Below are positions 9,872-18,307 of a stretch of 64,000 bases of DNA, piece by piece. The translations under genes were made by a program, and so were the position numbers. The notes beneath the pieces were generated by a model, which searched no databases, had not been told where the DNA came from, and worked only from the letters and a program-made list of their open reading frames with translations. This stretch comes from Thermoanaerobaculia bacterium (GTDB taxonomy: Bacteria > Acidobacteriota > Thermoanaerobaculia > UBA5066), in NCBI GenBank assembly GCA_038245905.1, contig JBBRRY010000019.1, positions 9,072 through 73,071 of the forward strand, written 5' to 3'. Within the stretch, counting starts at the first letter, position 1. Each line of letters starts with the position of its first letter.

Positions 9872-10972
9872 TCAGCTCCACACGCGATCGAGGAAGCGGA
9901 CGTCGTTCTCGAAGAAGAGGCGCAGATCGGGGACACCGTAGAGGAGGAACGCGATGCGGTCGATTCCCATCCCGAACGCGAAGCCGGAGTATTTCGCGGG
10001 GTCGATCCCTCCGTTTCGGAGGACGTTCGGGTGGACCATTCCGGCACCCATGATCTCGATCCAGCCCGAGCCCGAACAGGGCCGGCACGTGGCCCCGTTC
10101 GCGGTGCCGGTGCCCGAGCAAAAAACGCACGACACGGCCACGTCCACTCCCGGCTCGACGAACGGGAAGAACGTCGGCCCGAAGCGTATCCGCGTCTCGG
10201 GCGTGAAGAGCAGGCGCGAGAATGCCGCGAGCGTGCCCTTGAGGTCGGCGAACGTGACGCCCTCGTCCACGGTCAGACCTTCCATCTGGTGGAACACCGG
10301 CGAGTGGCGCGGGTCGATGTCGTCCTTGCGGAAGACGCGGCCGGGGATGACGATTCGGATCGGAGGCTTCTTTGCGAGCATCGTCCGGATCTGCACCGGA
10401 GACGTGTGCGTCCGGAGCAGGAGCCGGTCCTTCCCTTCCCCGCCGTCTTTCACGAAGAACGTGTCCACAGCATCACGCGCCGGATGGTCCGGCGGAAAAT
10501 TGAGGGCCTCGAAGTTGAGCCAGTCCGACTCGACCTCGGGCCCTTCGGCGACCTCGTACCCAAGCGACGCGAAGGCGCTCTCGATGCGGCGCCGCACGAC
10601 CGTCAGCGGGTGCAGCCGGCCCACGCGCGGAGCGCGCGGCGGAAGGGTGACGTCGACGGCCAGGGCCCTTTGCTTCAGGGATCGTTCGAAGAGAAGAGAC
10701 TTTTCTTCGAGTGAAGAGAGGGCCACCTCTGCCTCGCGCTTCAGTGCGTTCACCGCGGCGCCGGCCGCGGCCTTCTCGTCCTTCGGAAGATCCTTGAGGA
10801 GCTTCAGAAGATCCGTGACCATCCCCTGCTTCTGGCCCAGCCAGCGCACGTGGAGCGCGCGCACATCCGCCGGGAGGAGGCCCATCGGTGACGAAGCCTT
10901 CTCCTCGGCAGTCTTAAGCTCCTCGAAGAAAACTCTTCGTTTCTCTTCGACGGAGGCGAGCAGGTCAGCCAC
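9872..10972 (-). CDS. pheS: Phenylalanine-tRNA ligase alpha subunit
   Basis: HPARD, LRTHTSPVQIR, FPFVEP and GFAFGMGIDR motifs. Confidence 0.97.
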   Translation of the reverse strand: MADLLASVEEKRRVFFEELKTAEEKASSPMGLLPADVRALHVRWLGQKQGMVTDLLKLLKDLPKDEKAAAGAAVNALKREAEVALSSLEEKSLLFERSLKQRALAVDVTLPPRAPRVGRLHPLTVVRRRIESAFASLGYEVAEGPEVESDWLNFEALNFPPDHPARDAVDTFFVKDGGEGKDRLLLRTHTSPVQIRTMLAKKPPIRIVIPGRVFRKDDIDPRHSPVFHQMEGLTVDEGVTFADLKGTLAAFSRLLFTPETRIRFGPTFFPFVEPGVDVAVSCVFCSGTGTANGATCRPCSGSGWIEIMGAGMVHPNVLRNGGIDPAKYSGFAFGMGIDRIAFLLYGVPDLRLFFENDVRFLDRVWS

Positions 10973-10981
10973 CAGTCGTGC

Positions 10982-11371
10982 TTACGCGTTCGCGCTCGCG
11001 CTCGCGCCCGCCGGCAGCCCGAGAGCCGACTTGGCGGAAGCGACGATGTTCGCGAAGCCCTTCGGATCCTCGACGGCGATCTCCGCGAGGACCTTCCGGT
11101 TCACGTCGGAGCCGGCCTTCTTCAGGCCCGCCATGAGCTTGCTGTAGCTGAGGTCGTGGAGGCGCGCGGCAGCGTTGATCCGAATAATCCACAGGCCGCG
11201 GAATTCGCGCTTCTTCTGCTTGCGGTCCCGCGTGGCATAAGCGAGCGAGCGCTCGACCTGCAGCTCGGCGATGCGGAAGCAGTTGTGCTTGGTGCCGTAA
11301 TAGCCCTTCGCGAGTTTCAGGACTCGGACGCGGCGATTTTTTCTCTTGGGTCCACGCTTGACGCGAGGCAT
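10982..11371 (-). CDS. rplT: 50S ribosomal protein L20
   Basis: MPRVKRG...AKGYYG...[12 protein letters not shown]. Confidence 0.97.
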   Translation of the reverse strand: MPRVKRGPKRKNRRVRVLKLAKGYYGTKHNCFRIAELQVERSLAYATRDRKQKKREFRGLWIIRINAAARLHDLSYSKLMAGLKKAGSDVNRKVLAEIAVEDPKGFANIVASAKSALGLPAGASASANA

Positions 11372-11421
11372 GGCATTACTCCTTGTCTACTCTATTGGAT
11401 CGTCTGGTCTCATCTCTCGGG

Positions 11422-11622
11422 TCAGGCGTACGGAAGCATCGAGCGGACGTTCTTCGTGTCGGCCTTCGACACGAGAGCGGCCTTCTTGAGGCCCCGGAGG
11501 CGGCTCGAATTCTTCTTCGTGAGGATGTGGCGCTTCATTGCGTGGCTGCGCTTGAATTTGCCGGTTCCGGTCTTCTTGAACCGCTTCGCCGCGCCGCGAT
11601 GCGTCTTTCTCTTCGTGGCCAT
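11422..11622 (-). CDS. rpmI: 50S ribosomal protein L35
   Basis: [17 protein letters not shown]. Confidence 0.97.
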   Translation of the reverse strand: MATKRKTHRGAAKRFKKTGTGKFKRSHAMKRHILTKKNSSRLRGLKKAALVSKADTKNVRSMLPYA

Positions 11623-11649
11623 GTTCGGGGCTCCTTCTTGTCCCTGACT

Positions 11650-12201
11650 TCAGTGCTTCTTGATCGGGCCGAGAATCTGGTGCATCCGGTTTCCCATCAT
11701 CTCGGTGCCGGACTCGGCGTGGGCCCGTCCCTCGAGGTCCTTGACGAGCCGGTCGAGGACCTTCCGCCCGTTGTCGAGACGCGACATCTCGCGGCCGCGA
11801 AACTGGACGGTGGCCTTCACCTTGTCGCCCTCCTCCAGGAACCGGAGGATGTTCTTCAGCTTGAAGTCGTAGTCGTGCTCGTCGATGTTCGGCCGGAACT
11901 TGATTTCCTTGACCTGGGTGACCTTCTGCTTCTTCTTGCTTTCGTGCTCTTTCTTCTTCTTCTCGAACGTGAACTTGCCGAAGTCCATGATCTTGCAGAC
12001 GGGGGGATCCGCCTGCTCGGCGATCACGACGACGTCGAGCCCTTCCTCGCGTGCCTTCGCGATCGCGGCGGGAGGGTCCACCACCCCCAGCTGGGATCCG
12101 TCCGAGCCGATGAGCCGGACCTGCTGGAAACGGAGGATGAACTCGTTGATCGGAGAGTTCTTCGTGGGGGGAACGCGGGGGCCACCTCTGAAAAATGCGA
12201 T
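11650..12201 (-). CDS. infC: Translation initiation factor IF-3 (non-canonical ATC start)
   Basis: Frame stays open upstream of the ORF-track start through INEFI..VRLIGSDGSQLGVV to ATC at 12201, with SD AAGGAGG 8 nt upstream; PPVCKIMDFGK motif. Confidence 0.95.
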   Translation of the reverse strand: MAFFRGGPRVPPTKNSPINEFILRFQQVRLIGSDGSQLGVVDPPAAIAKAREEGLDVVVIAEQADPPVCKIMDFGKFTFEKKKKEHESKKKQKVTQVKEIKFRPNIDEHDYDFKLKNILRFLEEGDKVKATVQFRGREMSRLDNGRKVLDRLVKDLEGRAHAESGTEMMGNRMHQILGPIKKH

Positions 12202-12214
12202 GGGGATTTCCTCC

Positions 12215-14179
12215 TTACTGTTTGAGAGCCGTTGACGTTTCGTGCCACGCGAGCGCGCGGGTCGCCACCGCGCTCTTCATCATTCGAAGCAAGTCTTCGA
12301 TCTTCTGGTCCTTGAACTCGCCGCCGTGCCGGACGCGAAGCGAGACCGTGCCTGCCGCCAGCTCCTTCTCGCCGACGATGAGAAGCGCCGGGATCTTGTC
12401 CAGCTCGCCGTTACGGATCTTCGCGCCCAGCTTCTCGTTTCTGTGGTCCGAAGCCGCCCGGATCCCCTCTTCTCTCAACCGTCTCAGAATCTCTTCTCCG
12501 TATTCGTTGAATTTCTCCGAGACCGGAACGACACGCACCTGCTGAGGCGCGAGCCAGAACGGGAAGTCGCCGCCCGTGTGCTCGATCAGGATGCCGAGGA
12601 AGCGCTCGAGCGACCCAAGGATCGCGCGGTGGAGAATGACCGGCCGCTGCTTGCTTCCGTCCTCGGCCGTGTAGTGCAGGTCGAACAGCTCGGGGAGGTT
12701 GAAGTCGCACTGAATCGTCCCGAGCTGCCAAGGCCGGCCGATCGCGTCGTTGACGCGGAAGTCGATCTTCGGCCCGTAGAACGCGCCGTCACCCGGCGAA
12801 ACGACGTAGGGGCGTCCCGTCGCCTTCAGCGCCGCCTCGAGCACCTTCTCGGCGCGATCCCAGACTTCGTCGGGCCCGACGCGCTTCTCGGGCCTGAGGC
12901 CGATCGAGATCGCGACGTCCTTGAAGTCGAACGCGCCGTAGACCTCGTCCAGGAACTCGAGAAACGACGCCACCTCGCGGTCGATCGCCTCGGGCGTCGA
13001 GAAGATGTGCGCGTCGTCCTGCGAGAACGAGCGGACACGCGTGAGGCCTTGCGTCACCCCGGACTTCTCGTAGCGGTGGAGCCGCGCGAAGTCGGCATAG
13101 CGCACGGGCAGGTCGCGGTAACTCCAGGCCTGGGACTTGAAGAGGAGGCAATGACCCGGACAGTTCATCGGCTTGACGCCGAATTCCCGCTCGTCGACCT
13201 CGACGAAGAACATGTTCTCGCGGTAGTTACCCGAATGCCCTGAGGTCGTGAAGAGCTCCTCGTCGAAGATCTGGGGCGTCAAGACCTCGTCGTAGCCGTA
13301 CTTGAGGTACAGCTCGCGGATCCAGGAGATCAGGAGGTTGTAGACCGCCGCGCCCTTCGGGAGGAAGAACGGCGACGCGGGCGCCCACGGGTGGAACACG
13401 AAGAGCCCAAGCTCCTTGCCGAGCTTGCGGTGATCGCGGGCCCGCGCGGCCTCGAGGCGGGCAAGGTGCTCGTCGAGATCCTTCTGCGTGAGGAAGACCG
13501 CCCCGTAGATGCGCTGGAGCATCGGGTTCCGTTCGTCGCCCTTCCAGTAGGCGCCGGCCGAGTGCGTGAGCTTGAAGACGCCGAGCTTCCCCGTGGACGG
13601 GACGTGCGGGCCGCGGCAAAGGTCGATGAAGTCCTTCTGCTCGTAACACGAGAGGCTTCCCTCGGGAATGCCCGCGACGATCTCGACCTTGAGCGGGTCG
13701 TTCTGCGCCGAGAAGATCGCGACGGCCTCGGCCTTCGACATCTCCCTGCGGACGATGACGTTGTCCTCGGCGACGATCTTCTTCATCTCGGCCTCGATCT
13801 TTTCGAGGTCTTCGGGCGTGAAGGGCCGGCCCGGGTCGAAATCGTAGTAGAAGCCGTGCTCGATCGCGGGGCCGATTCCGATCTTGACGCCCGGGTAGAG
13901 ACGCTTGACCGCGTTCGCGCAGAGGTGAGCCGTCGAGTGCCGATAGAGCTCCAGCGCGTCCGCGTGCTTCGGCGTCACGACCTCGAACTTCCCCGAAGCC
14001 ATGAGCGGGCGCGAGAGGTCGAGTACGGCGCCGTCCAGCTTCACGCCGAGGGCGTCCTTTGCGAGCCGGGGGCCGATCGACTCGGCTACGGCACGGCCCG
14101 TGGTGCCCTCAGGAACCTCCCGAACCGAACCATCCGGCAGCGTCAACCTGATGACGCTCGAACTCACCGCCGCAGACAT
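12215..14179 (-). CDS. thrS: Threonine-tRNA ligase
   Basis: TGS domain, RHSTAH, DLCRGPHV, KPMNCPGH, FYGPKID and HRAILGSLERF motifs. Confidence 0.98.
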   Translation of the reverse strand: MSAAVSSSVIRLTLPDGSVREVPEGTTGRAVAESIGPRLAKDALGVKLDGAVLDLSRPLMASGKFEVVTPKHADALELYRHSTAHLCANAVKRLYPGVKIGIGPAIEHGFYYDFDPGRPFTPEDLEKIEAEMKKIVAEDNVIVRREMSKAEAVAIFSAQNDPLKVEIVAGIPEGSLSCYEQKDFIDLCRGPHVPSTGKLGVFKLTHSAGAYWKGDERNPMLQRIYGAVFLTQKDLDEHLARLEAARARDHRKLGKELGLFVFHPWAPASPFFLPKGAAVYNLLISWIRELYLKYGYDEVLTPQIFDEELFTTSGHSGNYRENMFFVEVDEREFGVKPMNCPGHCLLFKSQAWSYRDLPVRYADFARLHRYEKSGVTQGLTRVRSFSQDDAHIFSTPEAIDREVASFLEFLDEVYGAFDFKDVAISIGLRPEKRVGPDEVWDRAEKVLEAALKATGRPYVVSPGDGAFYGPKIDFRVNDAIGRPWQLGTIQCDFNLPELFDLHYTAEDGSKQRPVILHRAILGSLERFLGILIEHTGGDFPFWLAPQQVRVVPVSEKFNEYGEEILRRLREEGIRAASDHRNEKLGAKIRNGELDKIPALLIVGEKELAAGTVSLRVRHGGEFKDQKIEDLLRMMKSAVATRALAWHETSTALKQ

Positions 14180-14250
14180 GCCTTACCCTCTTCCCTTCTC
14201 AGAAATCTTCCTCTCTCCCGCGAGAAGAACAACGACGTCAGGTCGAGGGA

Positions 14251-14326
14251 TGGTAGGCGCTAGCGGACTCGAACCGCTGACCCCTTCCGTGTGAAGGAAG
14301 TGCTCTACCGACTGAGCTAAGCGCCT
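14251..14326 (-). tRNA. tRNA-Val(CAC)
   Basis: AGGCGCTTAGCTCAGTCGGTAGAGCACTTCCTT-CAC-ACGGAAGGGGTCAGCGGTTCGAGTCCGCTAGCGCCTACCA; cloverleaf with encoded CCA. Confidence 0.97.
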
Positions 14327-14366
14327 TCGAGTAGCCGTACGGCGGCGGCACGGGAGAGACCGCGGA

Positions 14367-14441
<75 letters not shown>

Positions 14442-15071
14442 TTACTTGCCGCGTTTGTCTCTCCGAGGGCTGTCGCCGGGGGCCGTTCGCTTTGGAACGT
14501 CTTGTGAGCCCCGACCTCGACCCGGATCGTCTTCTCCAAAGAGCATTTCCGGCGTTTCGGCCGGAGCCGCGGAGGATAACACAGCCCCCGGCGGGATCGG
14601 CCCTCCGGACTCCCGGATCGCCGCCTTCTTCCTCACCCAGAGCGTCTCCGTCACGCGTGCGACGAGAGCGCCGTCGTCCGCGACGATCTCGACGACGAGG
14701 ACGGGCTCGACTCTCTCCCCGCGGTCGGCCGCCGCGCGGATCTCGTCGATCCTCTCCGGCGGAACGACGAACGTCGCCGTCACGCGCCCGCGGCCGGGCC
14801 TCAGGAACTCGATCTGGGCCGCCTTGTTCCACACGATGTAGCCCTGGCCGAGGTTCTTCATCAGGATGAAGACGAAGTGCGGATCGCACATCGAGTAGAG
14901 CGACCCGCCGAACTGCGTCCCGAAGAGGTTCCTGTTCCACCAGTAGAGCCCCATGCGGACGACGATCGTGTGCGGGTCGTCCTTCGGATACCGGACCTTC
15001 ACACCCGCCCCGAGGTACGGCGGGTAGAGGCTTACGAGCCTCATGAGGAGGCGGTGGCGGAGCGAAGCCAT
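14442..15071 (-). CDS. DUF4442/YiiD-C hotdog-fold thioesterase-like protein
   Basis: YPPYLGAGV, NRNLFGTQFGGSLYSMCDP and VWNKAAQIEFLRPG motifs. Confidence 0.85.
   Translation of the reverse strand: MASLRHRLLMRLVSLYPPYLGAGVKVRYPKDDPHTIVVRMGLYWWNRNLFGTQFGGSLYSMCDPHFVFILMKNLGQGYIVWNKAAQIEFLRPGRGRVTATFVVPPERIDEIRAAADRGERVEPVLVVEIVADDGALVARVTETLWVRKKAAIRESGGPIPPGAVLSSAAPAETPEMLFGEDDPGRGRGSQDVPKRTAPGDSPRRDKRGK
14573..14581 (-). promoter_or_regulatory. Putative extended -10 element (TGnTATCCT) for the tRNA-Val/thrS transcript
   Basis: TGTTATCCT followed by a GC-rich discriminator-like stretch ~130 nt upstream of tRNA-Val(GAC). Confidence 0.4.
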
Positions 15072-15074
15072 CGC

Positions 15075-15764
15075 CTAGCGCGAGACGCCCGCGGGTGCCG
15101 GCGTACCGATCGCGGCGAATGGGATGTCGAGGACGGCGTACTCGCGCCAGTCCTTCCAGTCGAAGTGCCACCACTCCCACGGGTAGACGAAGAACCCCTC
15201 TTTCTCCATCGCGCCCCGAAGGAGGTCGCGGCGCTCCAGCGCGTCCTTCGGCCCGCCCTCGTATGTCACATAGGAGCGCTTGGACATCTCGTCGTATGCG
15301 CCCCCCATGTCCGCTTCCTTCCCCGTTTCGAGGCGATAGAGTGTCAGGTCGACGGCCCCGCCCCGGTTGTGTCGCGAGCCGTTCTTCGGGTTCGCGACGA
15401 AGACCTTCTTGTCGGCCGGCGTCAGGTCCCAGAACTGCTTCGTGACGGCCCACGGGCGATAGCCGTCGAAGACCAGGAGGCCGTAGCCCTGCGCCTTCAG
15501 CGAGGTGTTCACGCGCGCGAGCGCCTCGGCGGCCGGGCGCTGTAGAAAGGCGCGCGCCTCGGAATAGAAGGGCCGGCCGAACTCGTTGTTCTTCGTCGCG
15601 TACCGCACCTCGAGCCGAATCGTCGGGTCGAAGCGGACGAGCTCGGCGAGGTCGGGCGCGCGGAAAGCGCGGTCCTCCTTCGGGGGGCCGTCCTGTGCGT
15701 AGAGCGGTGCGGCGGGGAAAGGAACGAGCAACAGGACCGCGAGAAACCTGAATGGAACTTTCAT
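15075..15764 (-). CDS. ddpX: D-alanyl-D-alanine dipeptidase (M15D, VanX/DdpX family), with signal peptide
   Basis: ATG at 15764 (MKVPFRFLAVLL); FDGYRP, SRHNRGGAVDLT and EWWHF zinc motifs. Confidence 0.9.
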   Translation of the reverse strand: MKVPFRFLAVLLLVPFPAAPLYAQDGPPKEDRAFRAPDLAELVRFDPTIRLEVRYATKNNEFGRPFYSEARAFLQRPAAEALARVNTSLKAQGYGLLVFDGYRPWAVTKQFWDLTPADKKVFVANPKNGSRHNRGGAVDLTLYRLETGKEADMGGAYDEMSKRSYVTYEGGPKDALERRDLLRGAMEKEGFFVYPWEWWHFDWKDWREYAVLDIPFAAIGTPAPAGVSR

Positions 15765-15826
15765 CGCACTCGGCCTCCCCATCCGCGCCACCGCGCGAAT
15801 CGCGAACGCAGATTCCTTCCGTTGAA

Positions 15827-16291
15827 CTACTTCTTGACGTCGAACTCCTTGGTCGCGGCGACGGCGCCGTCGGCCGAGACCTCGAGCTTGTACTTCCCCA
15901 CGGGCCAGCCCGAGGGCTTCGCGATGTGGAATTCGGTGACGGCGGGGCCGGTCGGTGCGATGTCCCGGCTCTCCTCGTTCACGAGCTGATTCTTCGCGCC
16001 GAAGGTCCAGCGCGCCTTGAGCGTGGCCTTGGCCGATGCGCCCTCGGAGGAGACCCCCGCGTAGATCGTGTCCTTCGGGCCGAACAGCGCGGCAGCGTCC
16101 TTGATTTTCTTGTCCTCGCCGATGGACTTGCCGAGATCGACGGACGTGACCTTGAACGGCACGGGCGTCGGCACGGCGGTGGGCGCCGGGATCGGCGTCG
16201 GAGGCGGCGGGGGCGGCTCTTTCTTCGCGCAAGCGCCAAGCGAGACCGCGGCGATGAGGACGAGTGCGGGCAGGACGAAACGGTTCTTCAT
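15827..16291 (-). CDS. Lipoprotein with Pro-rich linker and Ig-like domain
   Basis: Lipobox LGAC, PPPPPPTP linker, beta-rich domain ending GWPVGKYKLEV. Confidence 0.75.
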   Translation of the reverse strand: MKNRFVLPALVLIAAVSLGACAKKEPPPPPPTPIPAPTAVPTPVPFKVTSVDLGKSIGEDKKIKDAAALFGPKDTIYAGVSSEGASAKATLKARWTFGAKNQLVNEESRDIAPTGPAVTEFHIAKPSGWPVGKYKLEVSADGAVAATKEFDVKK

Positions 16292-16306
16292 CGTTCTCTC
16301 CTTCTG

Positions 16307-16561
16307 TCAGGCGCCCGGGATCTTCAGGACCTGGCCCGGGTGAATCATGTCGGGGTTCTTGATCGTATCCTTGTTCGCCTCGAAGATTTCCTTCCAGCGC
16401 GAGGCGTCACCGAAGATCTTCTTGGCAATCTTGGAGAGGCTGTCACCGCCCACGACCGTGTACGCGCGCGTGATGACCTCGCCTGTCGGCGCCTCGGCCG
16501 AGCTGGAGCTGCCGCTCTTCACATCCGAGAAATCGGGCTCTGGTTCGTCGGGAAATGGCAT
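16307..16561 (-). CDS. Small LysM-domain protein
   Basis: YTVVGGDSLSKIAKKIFGDASRWKEIFEANKDTIKNPDMIHPGQVLKIP; SD AAGGAG before ATG 16561. Confidence 0.9.
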   Translation of the reverse strand: MPFPDEPEPDFSDVKSGSSSSAEAPTGEVITRAYTVVGGDSLSKIAKKIFGDASRWKEIFEANKDTIKNPDMIHPGQVLKIPGA

Positions 16562-16597
16562 GGGACTACTCCTTTCGTAGGGGGCAAGCATATCGAA

Positions 16598-18307
16598 TCA
16601 TTCCGCCATGCACAGCCCGACGCGGTGGCCCGCGCCGCGTCCGCTGACGCGCCAGCCGCCCTCGACGCGCTCGAAGGCGTCGGGGGGCGACGGCAAGCCG
16701 TCCCAGCCAAGCGTCGCCGCGATCCGGCGGTGGAGATCGTCGTAGAGAAAAGACTTCTTCTTCGACGAGGGGGAGAAGAAGGTCGCAACCGTTAACCTCA
16801 CGCCGCCCTTCTCGGTGGCTTCGAGGCCGACGACTCTTTCGCCGAACGCGGCGTCGATCGAGCTCGAGGGCCAACGCCGCGTCCAGCGGAACGAGGCGTC
16901 TTCTCCCGAGTGACGCGGGCAGACGTCCGGCGTTTCGCTGCCGCTTCCCCAGACGGCCTTCTCGGAGAGCGGCGCACCGCCGCAATGTCCCGTGAAGTGG
17001 GACGGTCCGGACAGCGTCGCCGCATCCGTCGCGCGCCGCCATCCGGCGTCGTCGAGGAACGCGGGCGGCGCGGCGATCGCGTTGCGCTTGTCCACCAGCG
17101 CGGTCCAGCGAGACGTCCACGTCACGTCCGGCCCCAGGCCCGCGAACCGCGCACAGTGCGTCAGGTCGCAGACGTCCTCGGCGCCGTGCCGCGCGCCGCG
17201 CGCGAGAAAGCGCAGGATGGCGGCGCCAAGCTCCTCCTTCCGGGCGCGCGGCGCGCTCGGCATCTCGCCGCGGATCACACCCTCTACGTAGTCGCGCCGC
17301 GTCGTCGTGAGGACGAGGGACACGCCGGGCGCTTCCGGATTCCCCCGCGCCCTCAGGCTTCCGCAGACGATGCGGACGAGGCCGAAGCGCGGGAGTCCGA
17401 GGAGCCATGTTCCGGATTGGAGGTGCTCTCCCGGTCCCAGGGCGACCTCGGAGCCCGGACCGATCCACGCGGCCCCGCCCGGCCCGTCGACGCGCACGGG
17501 CGCGCTCCCGATGTTATTCGCGGAGATCTCCGTCGCCCGGAGCGCGACGAAGAGGCGCACGGAAACGGGTCGTTCGGTGAGCTTCGGCTCTTTGGCCGAT
17601 CGTCCCCCGGCGTTCTCTTTCTGAAGCAGGGCGCCGAGCGCGGCCGCGGCCCGGGAACCCGTGCCGCGCGGGAGGAGGGCGAGGTGACCCGAGCGGCCCG
17701 CCGGATCGAAGAGCACGGCCCAGCCCGATGTGCCGAGCGGCGCGCCGTCGAGTGCGTGAACCGTTCCCGTTTTCGCGAAAAGGCCGCGCAGCGGCACACC
17801 GGCCGCCGTGCCGCCTTCCCCGGCGTCGCGCATCCCGTCCAGCCATTCGCGCCGGACGTCGTCGCGCACGGCCCACGCCGTCGTGAGGAGCTCGGCGTAG
17901 GCCTGGAGGAGGCGACGCGGCGCGATGACGATGTTCGGCCCGAGGCCGATCGCGGCATCCGGCGTGACGGGTCCTGAAACGTCGTAGCCGGCGGCGGTCA
18001 GCGTCTCGCGCAGCAGGGCTTCGGGCGTTTCCGCTGCGAGCCGCCGGAAATAAGCGTTGCACGACCGCGCCGTGGCGCCCCGGAGGTCCATGGCGCCGTG
18101 CCCCCCATCGAGCCAGCATCGCGAAGATCGGTCGCACGTCGAGCGCGGCGTCGGCGTGGCCGGGTCGGAATGCGCGAGCGCCCAGGCCTTCGTCACCCAC
18201 GCTTTCTGGAGCGAGCCGACGCTGTGGGGGGTGTCCGCGCCTTCCTCCGGCGAGACCTGCCCGTCGGCAAGGCGCCAGACGAGGAGTCCGGCCGCGAGGA
18301 GCTTCAT
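16598..18307 (-). CDS. PBP/beta-lactamase-like domain fused to a SpoIID/LytB domain (YfaQ-like)
   Basis: ATG 18307; SxxK (SLQK), SxN (SCN) and KTG motifs, then YVEGVIRGEM, CDLTHC, HCGG and GRGAGHRVGLC. Confidence 0.8.
   Translation of the reverse strand: MKLLAAGLLVWRLADGQVSPEEGADTPHSVGSLQKAWVTKAWALAHSDPATPTPRSTCDRSSRCWLDGGHGAMDLRGATARSCNAYFRRLAAETPEALLRETLTAAGYDVSGPVTPDAAIGLGPNIVIAPRRLLQAYAELLTTAWAVRDDVRREWLDGMRDAGEGGTAAGVPLRGLFAKTGTVHALDGAPLGTSGWAVLFDPAGRSGHLALLPRGTGSRAAAALGALLQKENAGGRSAKEPKLTERPVSVRLFVALRATEISANNIGSAPVRVDGPGGAAWIGPGSEVALGPGEHLQSGTWLLGLPRFGLVRIVCGSLRARGNPEAPGVSLVLTTTRRDYVEGVIRGEMPSAPRARKEELGAAILRFLARGARHGAEDVCDLTHCARFAGLGPDVTWTSRWTALVDKRNAIAAPPAFLDDAGWRRATDAATLSGPSHFTGHCGGAPLSEKAVWGSGSETPDVCPRHSGEDASFRWTRRWPSSSIDAAFGERVVGLEATEKGGVRLTVATFFSPSSKKKSFLYDDLHRRIAATLGWDGLPSPPDAFERVEGGWRVSGRGAGHRVGLCMAE

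Noticed and set aside
9871-10047. N-terminal extension of the pheT ORF, and similar extensions of the ORFs starting at 16232, 18814, 28130, 32052, 33247, 46041, 46661, 58059 and 59427
   Set aside because: They overlap neighbouring real genes; better starts with SD sequences or stop/start coupling lie downstream
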